Positions 49,432-57,264 of a stretch of 64,000 nt of DNA are shown here, piece after piece. Position 1 is the stretch's first letter. Each line of letters opens with the position of its first letter. The notes beneath the pieces are model-generated. The model was not told the origin of the DNA. It was given only the letters and a program-made list of their open reading frames with translations, and did not search any database. The position numbers and the translations under genes are program-made. Source of the DNA: an uncultured Bacteroidia bacterium (lineage in GTDB: Bacteria; Bacteroidota; Bacteroidia; NS11-12g; UBA955); NCBI GenBank assembly GCA_938086785.1, contig CALKCM010000003.1, forward strand, positions 9,930-73,929. The letters run 5' to 3'.

Positions 49432-49462
49432 CAAAAATACCTCTATTTATTTAAAAATCAAA
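49432..49462 (-). promoter_or_regulatory. candidate Bacteroidetes sigma-A promoter of rpsT (-33 TTTG / -7 TAnnTTTG)
   Basis: On the minus strand, TTTG (reverse complement of 49459-49462), a 19-nt spacer, then TATTTTTG (reverse complement of 49432-49439). The -7 box ends 19 nt before the rpsT ATG. Confidence 0.4.
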
Positions 49463-49525
49463 GGGTGAATTTATTTTTCTTTTGAAATTCATTTTGCAAA
49501 GTGAAAGGACTGATGGAATCAATGT

Positions 49526-50410
49526 TTATTTATCCTCTAGCTCTAAAAAAGTGTTTTGCTCGATATCTTTAAATTTATCCATGCCATCTTGTATCGAAGG
49601 ATGTTTTAATATCTCATGGTAAGGTATTGTAGGTATTTCCTTCTGCAATAATTCCTCTCGAATAAAGATGAGGTTGAATCCCAAATGATTGGATCCGACG
49701 AGGCGATACCCTTTCTTTTGACCCAATTGTACCATGGCCGGCGCTGAAGCTCCGTGGTACATTCTGTGTCTGGGTTTGCTATACTCACTCGAAGGTATAT
49801 ACGGGGCAACAATAGCCCTATGTCCCATAGCTACTTGAGTTTCAATCATTACCACTTGAGGCTCAATGCAGTTAATGGCCTCCCATATGTAGTAGTCATT
49901 GCTATCGATATCTATTGACATAAAACCAATTTGACCTTCTATTTTAGATTGTTGCAAAAGTTCATTTATGCTTTCTGGTTTTGCCATAGCATGCACAAAT
50001 TGAGGCTTATGCATGAAAGGGTTTGGATATTTTGAATAGAAATATTTTCCTCGTTCTAGGCTTTTTCTATGGCCATCAATAAAAATACCAGTCCATCCAA
50101 AGTTAAAATACAAATTGGCTGAGTTGCTATTTATCCCATCATCTGAGCCAATTTCAACAAAGGTTTTGTGCTGCATGCCCAGGAGCGCAAATAGGTAAAG
50201 AAGCATTCCGTCTTCTTCGAATTGTGAGAATACACTTAATCCCGTATCACTTAATTTATGAAATATGCCATTTCTCGCATTGCTTTGGTGATTCAAATAA
50301 AGATTGCGAAGTGAAGCTTGTGTTTGAGCTGACCAACGATCTTTAACCTTAAACACCAGAAAGTATTTCTTTAACCAATTTTTTAATAAGCCCATAAAAC
50401 GTGTGCTCAA
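49526..50410 (-). CDS. putative FkbM-family SAM-dependent methyltransferase
   Basis: 294 aa. FVEIGSDDGINSNSANL (FkbM-type motif I, like VDVGANxG) and GFMSIDIDSNDYYIWEA (like the FkbM KIDVEG motif). Confidence 0.45.
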   Translation of the reverse strand: MSTRFMGLLKNWLKKYFLVFKVKDRWSAQTQASLRNLYLNHQSNARNGIFHKLSDTGLSVFSQFEEDGMLLYLFALLGMQHKTFVEIGSDDGINSNSANLYFNFGWTGIFIDGHRKSLERGKYFYSKYPNPFMHKPQFVHAMAKPESINELLQQSKIEGQIGFMSIDIDSNDYYIWEAINCIEPQVVMIETQVAMGHRAIVAPYIPSSEYSKPRHRMYHGASAPAMVQLGQKKGYRLVGSNHLGFNLIFIREELLQKEIPTIPYHEILKHPSIQDGMDKFKDIEQNTFLELEDK

Positions 50411-50433
50411 AGCTACTAATTATTACGTATGAA

Positions 50434-51498
50434 TTAATATTTCGCAAATATTTGGCTTGTATTTTTATCATCCATGAGTATATACATGCCTTTTTTAAGA
50501 CGGCTCACATCAAGGCTTCCTTTGGTATCCTTTAGGCCAAAAAACAATCGTTTGCCTGCTGTGGAATAGATGCTATAAGTAGATTGTTTATTTGAGCTTG
50601 GAAGATTTAAATAAGAGTGACAGGGGTTTGGGTAGAGCCCGGGCTTGCCATAATCTCCTGAATTGATAGACAATGGATCTAAGGATATTTTTGAGATTTG
50701 ACCTTTGTCAAACTCCGAAATGTACAAAATACCCTCATGCACCAAAAGCACATCGGGGCCATCTATATTGGTAGCTATGGTTTTCTTAGCTTGGCTTAGC
50801 TCTGCTAAATTTATGCTGGAAATGGTATTGCTGGTATTTTCTGCCACATACAAAATCCCTTTGTATTCTGCCATTCCTGCCGGACTGCTAAAGGAATAGG
50901 CAAAGGTTTGGGCTAATGGGTTTTTAGAGAATCTATTGATTTTGGAAACCCTTCCATTGCTTGATTCATTGACAAAAAGCAATGAATCTTTTACGAGGAG
51001 GCGAAAGGGGCCATTTATCTCGGTGTAGGTATTTAAGATTGGGTTTAGGCTTGGGTTGAGCGCATACTCGATGCGGTTAAAGTCGAAGTTTACAGCAAAC
51101 AAGGTATCGCCAATAAATTCCAAATCGGACACTCCTTGTGCCGCCAGTACTTTTTGTTTGGCGGGCTTGCTTTGCTTGATATCAATCTTGGATATTTGAC
51201 TGGAGTCATATTCTGCTACATAAAGTTCATCTCCTTTTATAGCTAAGCCAAAGGGTCCTCCAAAACCAGAGGCTACCTCGGTTAATATGGGCTTATTAAT
51301 GCCTAACTTTAACTTGAAAATTTTTCCTGTTTGGTAATCCGAAATGTACATGATATTGCCATCAATGGCCATATCTGTAGGATTAGAAAGGCCTCCCACA
51401 AGTTTAACTGCTTGCGCGTTTAAATCTAAAATGCCTCCTAAAATAAATGCGATAACAATGGCTTTTATCCGATTTAGGTTCACACTCATGCCGTTCAT
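50434..51498 (-). CDS. T9SS-secreted beta-propeller (NHL/YVTN-like repeat) protein with C-terminal type A sorting domain
   Basis: 354 aa. Signal peptide, repeated short beta-blade-like segments, and a C-terminal KPGLYPNPCHSYLNLP...LKKGMYILMDDKNTSQIFAKY sorting domain. Confidence 0.6.
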   Translation of the reverse strand: MNGMSVNLNRIKAIVIAFILGGILDLNAQAVKLVGGLSNPTDMAIDGNIMYISDYQTGKIFKLKLGINKPILTEVASGFGGPFGLAIKGDELYVAEYDSSQISKIDIKQSKPAKQKVLAAQGVSDLEFIGDTLFAVNFDFNRIEYALNPSLNPILNTYTEINGPFRLLVKDSLLFVNESSNGRVSKINRFSKNPLAQTFAYSFSSPAGMAEYKGILYVAENTSNTISSINLAELSQAKKTIATNIDGPDVLLVHEGILYISEFDKGQISKISLDPLSINSGDYGKPGLYPNPCHSYLNLPSSNKQSTYSIYSTAGKRLFFGLKDTKGSLDVSRLKKGMYILMDDKNTSQIFAKY

Positions 51499-51612
51499 TA
51501 ACTGTACAAATTTAATGCTTTCATTCTTTTCATATGCTTGAAAATAAATGCCCGTCTCTTTTCATAGGACTGACTTATCTTTGCGTGAGGGAACGGCAAG
51601 TAAAGGTTTAGA

Positions 51613-52077
51613 ATGAAGATACAGGAATATTTAGATGACATTAAGGGCGATTTTCACAAACGCCATGGCTTTGAATTTGGTTTTGATAATAGCCAAAGCG
51701 ATGCTCATTTTGATTTAACGACCCAGAGTGCCATGGGTTATTTGCAGGGCCTGCTTATGAGCGGAAAGGTGAGTGAGTTAAAGGAACTTGTAAGTGAAGG
51801 CGGCGATGCCATGATGGAGAGTGAATATTACCAAGCACTCATGCAAAAATGCGTGCAGAGCTATTATGCTTTAGATTGGGATAAAGAGCGCAAGGAATTG
51901 CTGGCTCAAAAAGCACTTTACACGGCTTTTGAAGGACTTAAAGATAAATTTGAAGCAGGTGGATTTGCCAAGGATATGGCCGGCGTAATGGCCTTTATGG
52001 GCTTGGATAGTGGTATGTTGGGCATGCTGGGTAAAATGGGTGGCATGTTTGGCGGATTAGGTAAAATATTTAAGTAA
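51613..52077 (+). CDS. hypothetical protein with Gly/Met-rich C-terminal tail
   Basis: 154 aa ORF. Helical N-terminal part. C-terminal low-complexity GMLGMLGKMGGMFGGLGKIFK. No recognisable domain. Confidence 0.4.
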   Translation: MKIQEYLDDIKGDFHKRHGFEFGFDNSQSDAHFDLTTQSAMGYLQGLLMSGKVSELKELVSEGGDAMMESEYYQALMQKCVQSYYALDWDKERKELLAQKALYTAFEGLKDKFEAGGFAKDMAGVMAFMGLDSGMLGMLGKMGGMFGGLGKIFK

Positions 52078-52173
52078 AGCTATTCCGGCAGGAGCTCCTG
52101 CCTGCTTTTTAATATTTCCTTTGATTGAAGCGGAACGAGAGTAGATCCATAAATAAAAAGTCTGGTTTGTATT

Positions 52174-53004
52174 ATGTTTCAGAAGAGTTGTACTTTTGAA
52201 AGGATGGAAAAATACTTTTCTGGCTCCGAATTATATGGCAATAATTTCTCACTCGAAGAAATTGAAGCCTGGTATAAGGATGAGGAAGAAGCTTATGCCA
52301 ACTTGGGTTCTGGTGATAAAGAAAACTACTCGTACAGTTACGAAAACTACAACCTCATTAATGGATTTAACTCCGTTAAGCACAAAGTAGGTTCGGATAT
52401 TTCGGTTTTAGGACTGGGATCGGCTTACGGCGATGAGTTTAGGCCTATCATTGATTCCATTCAACAAATCACCATATTGGATCCTTCTGAGCAATTTGTG
52501 GTGGACCATTTCATGGGAAAGCCCATTAATTTTATTAAGCCAAGCATTAAAGGCGACATGCCCTTTGAGGACGATTCCTTTGATGTAATTACATCCTTTG
52601 GCACCTTGCATCACATTCCTAATGTGGAGCATGTTATTAGCGAAATGGCCCGAGTACTTAAGCCCGATGGATACCTCTTATTGAGAGAACCCATTATAAG
52701 CATGGGCGATTGGAGAAACCCAAGAGTGGGACTAACTACTCGCGAGAGAGGAATTCCCTTTGATTTGATGAAAGGGTTTATTGCTAAGAATAATTTAAAA
52801 ATTGCCTCAAAATCCTTTTGTTTTTCTCCCTTTTCATCAAGAATACTTAAAATAGTAGGGGTTACGCAATTTGATAAGGCTTGGTTTGCCCGTTTGGATA
52901 AATTTTTATCGCATATTTTTTCATTTAGGCTGGTTTATCATCGAAAAAATATGATGGATAATTTGGCGCCCACCAATGTGTTTTGGGTTTTGAAGAAAGC
53001 CTAG
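52174..53004 (+). CDS. class I SAM-dependent methyltransferase (Methyltransf_11-like)
   Basis: 276 aa. Motif I VLGLGSAYGDEF and motif II/III region FDVITSFGTLHHIPNVEHVISEMARVLKPDGYLLLREP. Confidence 0.7.
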   Translation: MFQKSCTFERMEKYFSGSELYGNNFSLEEIEAWYKDEEEAYANLGSGDKENYSYSYENYNLINGFNSVKHKVGSDISVLGLGSAYGDEFRPIIDSIQQITILDPSEQFVVDHFMGKPINFIKPSIKGDMPFEDDSFDVITSFGTLHHIPNVEHVISEMARVLKPDGYLLLREPIISMGDWRNPRVGLTTRERGIPFDLMKGFIAKNNLKIASKSFCFSPFSSRILKIVGVTQFDKAWFARLDKFLSHIFSFRLVYHRKNMMDNLAPTNVFWVLKKA

Positions 53005-53007
53005 TGT

Positions 53008-53883
53008 TTAGTTTTTTGGCGGAACAATTTTGTCCATCATGCTCTTGCTTAATACACCCAGCATGCCTCCCGTATGTAAAAAAACCACGGGTTTTTTAGG
53101 GTCAAATGCTTCAGCGTTTCGCAAATCTCTTAATGCAAAGAGCGCTTTTCCTGTATAAATGGGATCGATTAAAATGCCTGTATTAGAGGTAAATTCTGTG
53201 CAAAAGTCGAGTAATTCAGCCGTGGTTTTGGCATATCCATCAAAAGTATAATTAAAGTGCAAGGTTGTCATAGCATTGAGCAGGTAAGCCTCTTGTTCCT
53301 CCTTGTTTTTAAGCACCGCTACGGAGTGTAAATCGATGGGTTTTCCGGATCTTTCTATTCCTAATGACAAGCCCTTAGCCGTGGTTCCTGTGGCGGATGC
53401 ATGCACCAAGCTGTACGCGGGTAGTTCGATCTCGTTAATGATTTCAGAAACGCCTCTCCAGGCTTTTTCGCTTTTGCCGCCCTCGTCTACAAAGTACACT
53501 TTAGCTGCATCAAAATGCGCATCAAACAGCCCTTGTTTGTCCTTATAATCGGTTCTATTTACTTGAATTATATTCATGCCATGCATCTTTGCCAAGCCTA
53601 AATAATGGCTGTCCATGGGTTCATGTCCGCGCACAAAACAATGGGTTTTTATGCCCAGGCTGGCTCCAGCGCAAGCCGTTGCAATCATGTGATTGCTGTA
53701 GGCTCCTCCAAAAGTAGCCAGCTCTTGAAAGCCTTGTTCTCTTAAATCTTCAATCAGGTATTTTAATTTTCTCCATTTATTCCCCGATGCAATGGGGTGA
53801 AGCAAATCATCGCGCTTCATAAAAATGGGCGCATCGCAGCCCGGCAGTTGTACTTTTTCTAGCGGAGAGCCAAAGGTTTGCAT
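53008..53883 (-). CDS. PLP-dependent ACC deaminase / D-cysteine desulfhydrase family protein
   Basis: 291 aa. KRDDLLHPIASGNKWRKLKYL (PLP lysine) and GGAYSNHMIATACAG are typical of this tryptophan-synthase-beta-like fold II family. Confidence 0.8.
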   Translation of the reverse strand: MQTFGSPLEKVQLPGCDAPIFMKRDDLLHPIASGNKWRKLKYLIEDLREQGFQELATFGGAYSNHMIATACAGASLGIKTHCFVRGHEPMDSHYLGLAKMHGMNIIQVNRTDYKDKQGLFDAHFDAAKVYFVDEGGKSEKAWRGVSEIINEIELPAYSLVHASATGTTAKGLSLGIERSGKPIDLHSVAVLKNKEEQEAYLLNAMTTLHFNYTFDGYAKTTAELLDFCTEFTSNTGILIDPIYTGKALFALRDLRNAEAFDPKKPVVFLHTGGMLGVLSKSMMDKIVPPKN

Positions 53884-53884
53884 A

Positions 53885-55717
53885 TTACTTTAATAACTCG
53901 TCCAAGGTTTCAATAGCCACCGTATGGTAGCCCTTTTTGGCCTCTGTGTATATGTTTCTTGCCATTTCTAAGCCTTCTGGACCTTTGTTCTTCATGCTGC
54001 GGTAGATGGGAGTTAAGAATTTTCTGCGACCCACACGGTTTAGGAAGCTGCGCATGGGGCCGTAAGATTTCGTGTAATCATAAGCAATGCTCAGTTGAAA
54101 CCAGTCGCATAGGATTTCGCTATTTTTTATTTGGTTAAAGTCAAAGGCGGCATCCAAGGCTTTTACATCGGCTGTATTTAGGGCAGGCAAATGCCTCAAA
54201 ACATACAGCCAGTGGTGTGTGCTGTAATCGTCGGTTTTAAAAGATTCTGGATCTTTGCTTGCTTTGTAGGCTGCTAGTTCGCCATCCAATCGGTCAAATG
54301 CAGCACTCCTCGGCTTTATAAAGTTACTAGGCATCCCTTTTCCATAAATCCATTCATTTACTTGCGCATTCTGCTTCCATTCTGGGTTGTTATCTATAAG
54401 TTCCTTGTTTAAGTAACTTATAAACTCCTCTGTAGTCATGGTTTTAAAGGCATGTTCCATAAAATACCTGCGTAAAAAAATGTCCCATTGCTCTCTGCCA
54501 ACGGTGCGTTCCAATGTTTGCAAAAAGAACCTTCCTTTTTCATAGGCAATGTCTGTTAAGCCATCATCGGGGTTTCGCTCATTCAGCGTGAGTTTTAATT
54601 TGGTATCTTCAGGAGCCGTTTTGCTTAGCTCGTTCAAGGTTAATTGCAACTCACCATATCCATTTACGGTAAGCATTTCTTCATATTCTTTTCCGTATAC
54701 CGCCTCCATAATGCGCTGTTCAAAGTACACCGTAAAACCTTCGTTTAACCAAAAGTCATCCCAAGTTCTATTGGTCACCAGGTTTCCGCTCCAACTGTGC
54801 GCCAGTTCATGCGCAATAAGGCTTACTAAACTGCGATCTCCCGCAATAATAGTGGGCGTAGCAAAGGTCAGTTCCGGGTTCTCCATTCCGCCAAAGGGAA
54901 AACTTGGAGGAAGCACCAATACATCGTACCTGTTCCACACATAGGAACCGTACAGTTTCTCTGCTTCATCAATCATTTGTTGCATATCCTTCAGTTCCCA
55001 AAAGCAACTTTCCATCATGCCCGGCTCTGCATACACACCGCTGTTGCGACCGGTGCTTTTAAAAGTTAAATTTCCAATGGCCAATGCCATTAAATAGGAG
55101 GGAATGGGTTTTTCTTGTTTGAATTGATACACCCCTTCTTCATTTTTTTGCTGAGGATTAACCGCACTCATTAAAGCCATGAGATGATTGGGGACTTCTA
55201 TCGTAGCATCATAGGTAAAACGCACGGCAGGCGCATCCATTAATGGAATCCAAGTTCGGGCCAATACCGCTTGGCTTTGGCTAAACAGGAATTCATCTGT
55301 TTTATCATTGGTTTGCTCCTTGCTTAACCATTGCAAAGCAGCAGATTCTGGAGTAGTTTGGTAGCTTATTTTTACCTGTTTAGATTCGCTTTCAATAGGG
55401 ATTTGAAGAGAGGATCCAAATACCTCATGCTCCTTGGAAAGGATAAAATCTACTTTTTTATCATCCACAGAAACTTCTTTAATAAGCAATTGACGGCTGT
55501 CTAGAACAAGGACGTCTGTCTTGCTTTTATTGGTGATATCTAGCAGCACAAAACCATCCAGTATTTTCTTTTCAAAATCTGCCTTTAAATGAAGATCCAT
55601 GTGTTTTAAGCTAACCTCTTCGTAATTGCTGTACGAGTGGTTCTTAAGAACAGGGGAAGGCTTAGAGCAAGCCGAAAGTATACCTATTCCCAATAGGAAA
55701 GGGATGATTTTTTTCAT
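53885..55717 (-). CDS. M1 family metallopeptidase (aminopeptidase N / LTA4 hydrolase-like)
   Basis: 610 aa. Lipoprotein signal (ILSACS), GAMEN-like FGGMENP, zinc motif HELAHSWSGNLVT...WLNEGFTVYFE (HEXXH-x18-E). Confidence 0.88.
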   Translation of the reverse strand: MKKIIPFLLGIGILSACSKPSPVLKNHSYSNYEEVSLKHMDLHLKADFEKKILDGFVLLDITNKSKTDVLVLDSRQLLIKEVSVDDKKVDFILSKEHEVFGSSLQIPIESESKQVKISYQTTPESAALQWLSKEQTNDKTDEFLFSQSQAVLARTWIPLMDAPAVRFTYDATIEVPNHLMALMSAVNPQQKNEEGVYQFKQEKPIPSYLMALAIGNLTFKSTGRNSGVYAEPGMMESCFWELKDMQQMIDEAEKLYGSYVWNRYDVLVLPPSFPFGGMENPELTFATPTIIAGDRSLVSLIAHELAHSWSGNLVTNRTWDDFWLNEGFTVYFEQRIMEAVYGKEYEEMLTVNGYGELQLTLNELSKTAPEDTKLKLTLNERNPDDGLTDIAYEKGRFFLQTLERTVGREQWDIFLRRYFMEHAFKTMTTEEFISYLNKELIDNNPEWKQNAQVNEWIYGKGMPSNFIKPRSAAFDRLDGELAAYKASKDPESFKTDDYSTHHWLYVLRHLPALNTADVKALDAAFDFNQIKNSEILCDWFQLSIAYDYTKSYGPMRSFLNRVGRRKFLTPIYRSMKNKGPEGLEMARNIYTEAKKGYHTVAIETLDELLK

Positions 55718-55764
55718 GGATGCAAAGATGTAGAATTTAGAGGGAATTAGGAAATGCTGATTTC

Positions 55765-56730
55765 CTAGCGCTGAATCATCAGTTTTCCGGAGTAGCTGCG
55801 CCCATTTTCCTGAACTTTATACATATATACCCCGTTTTTAAGGAAGTTTATGGGGTAGTGTTGGCCTTGTTTTGTGCTCAGGAAGACCGCTTGACCGGAA
55901 GAACTAAAAATTTCCAATTGCGAAATGGGTTTGGAAAAGTGCAGTGTGTTTTGCGCTGGATTAGGCCATAGTTGGCTCTGGCGAATGGGCTCATTGGTGC
56001 TAGCCGTTGTATGAATAACTCCTACGGCATCTAAATCGAAGCCGCCACTGCTAAAGGGAGTGGGGAACGGGTCATTAATCGCATTTCCGTTCCTATCGTA
56101 ACTCGCAAATGAACGGGAGACGCTCCCTACACAATCAATGATGCGCACATGGGTTATTCTAGAAATATTTAGACCTGCGGAATCTTTCAATTCCTCTAAA
56201 TCAAAGGGCGTTCCATAGCCGCCTCTATATTTACCCGCTAAATTATTGATGAGGTCTGGCCGCCCCCTTTCGTCGAAGGGTCCGTTTTGTAAGGTGTCTG
56301 ATTGGTTGCAGGTGGCCGGAAAGCGAACAAAGGTGATTCCATCGCTGCTAACTTCTACAAAAGCCAATTCCAAAAAATAATTGCTAAACGCGTTTTCGAA
56401 AACAGCAAAATCCCAGGATGGACCATTGTAAATAGGTTTGTCAAACTGCAAGGTAGCCACTCCAGCATCTCCTAAACTAATAATATATCCCTCTGCTTTT
56501 CCCAAGGCGTCTTTGGGGAGCCCTAAAGTGGTTTTCAGTAAGCTTTTATCACTAATATTCATCCATCCTCTTTGCACCTCGCATTGTGTTGCCCAGGCAA
56601 CAAAGGCGCTCGAGTCGGCAGGGATAGCAGTGCTGTTTAAACTGCCCACAGGCCCGGCAAATTGGGCGTAACTGCTGGTTCCAAAAACCAATAATAGCGG
56701 ATAAATAAGTCTTCTAATCATAGCATGCAA
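55765..56730 (-). CDS. T9SS-secreted hypothetical protein (C-terminal type A sorting domain)
   Basis: 321 aa. Signal peptide (LLLVFGTSSYAQ). C-terminal LWPNPAQNTLHFSKPISQLEIFSSSGQAVF...GVYMYKVQENGRSYSGKLMIQR sorting domain. Confidence 0.65.
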   Translation of the reverse strand: MHAMIRRLIYPLLLVFGTSSYAQFAGPVGSLNSTAIPADSSAFVAWATQCEVQRGWMNISDKSLLKTTLGLPKDALGKAEGYIISLGDAGVATLQFDKPIYNGPSWDFAVFENAFSNYFLELAFVEVSSDGITFVRFPATCNQSDTLQNGPFDERGRPDLINNLAGKYRGGYGTPFDLEELKDSAGLNISRITHVRIIDCVGSVSRSFASYDRNGNAINDPFPTPFSSGGFDLDAVGVIHTTASTNEPIRQSQLWPNPAQNTLHFSKPISQLEIFSSSGQAVFLSTKQGQHYPINFLKNGVYMYKVQENGRSYSGKLMIQR

Positions 56731-57052
56731 AAGTATAAAATTACAATGAATTATTGGCCTAGAAAAATAGTTTTACTGAAATAGGAGCAAGCGGTAGTAT
56801 AGGTGTGATGCTCTAATTCTTTCCAAGTGATCTTGTTAAAAGTATCTGGATTTTGCTTTGGAATTGCATAAAAAATATTATCTCACTTTATGTTGCAACT
56901 CCAAAAGAGGCTCATGATGGAGAGCAGTGCTAAAAATAAGACCTTATTCCTTTCATGTATTGGTCGTTTTTCAAAAATTTCGTTCTATAAAAAGAGCAGC
57001 CATAGCGATTTTTATGGAAAATATCGAAAGTCCTTTTTTTTCTGTAATCGCT

Positions 57053-57113
57053 TCAAGAACCGAGCCATTCCTTGGTAATGGTTTTGTTCTTTTCCCTTTT
57101 TTTTCCCTTTTTT
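57053..57113 (+). terminator. candidate plus-strand intrinsic terminator (long imperfect hairpin plus T-rich tract) ending an unannotated short transcript
   Basis: AAGAAC-CGAGCCATT-CCTTGGT-AATGGTTTTG-TTCTT hairpin (57055-57091), then TTTCCCTTTTTTTTCCCTTTTTT. No annotated plus-strand gene lies upstream; the nearest is a minus-strand gene ending at 56730. Confidence 0.35.
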
Positions 57114-57164
57114 AGCCTTAAGATTCTAAATTTGATTCAAAAAAAATAAAAACCTGCTGTACAT

Positions 57165-57248
57165 TTGCATCGCATTCGGGGTGCCCTAAGGCTGAGAATT
57201 ACCCGCATAACTTGAAGCAGTTAGTACTGACGTAAGGAAATGTTTAAC
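57165..57248 (+). promoter_or_regulatory. TPP (thiamine pyrophosphate, THI-box) riboswitch
   Basis: GGGGTGCCC...GCTGAGA...ACCC...AACTTGAAGCAGTTAGTACTGACGTAAGGAA matches the TPP aptamer consensus (GGGGUGCCC / CUGAGA / ACCC / AACCUGAUCUGGUUAAUACCAGCGUAGGGAA). The P1 arms are CATTC/GAaATG. A GTTCCT/AGGAAC hairpin follows, abutting the probable TonB receptor start codon. Confidence 0.8.
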
Positions 57249-57264
57249 CCATTAAGGTTCCTGA

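Noticed and set aside
56890-57115. Two overlapping 62-aa plus-strand ORFs in the long intergenic region
   Set aside because: Low-complexity, implausible protein sequences. The region is better explained as a non-coding or small-RNA region with a terminator (see finding).
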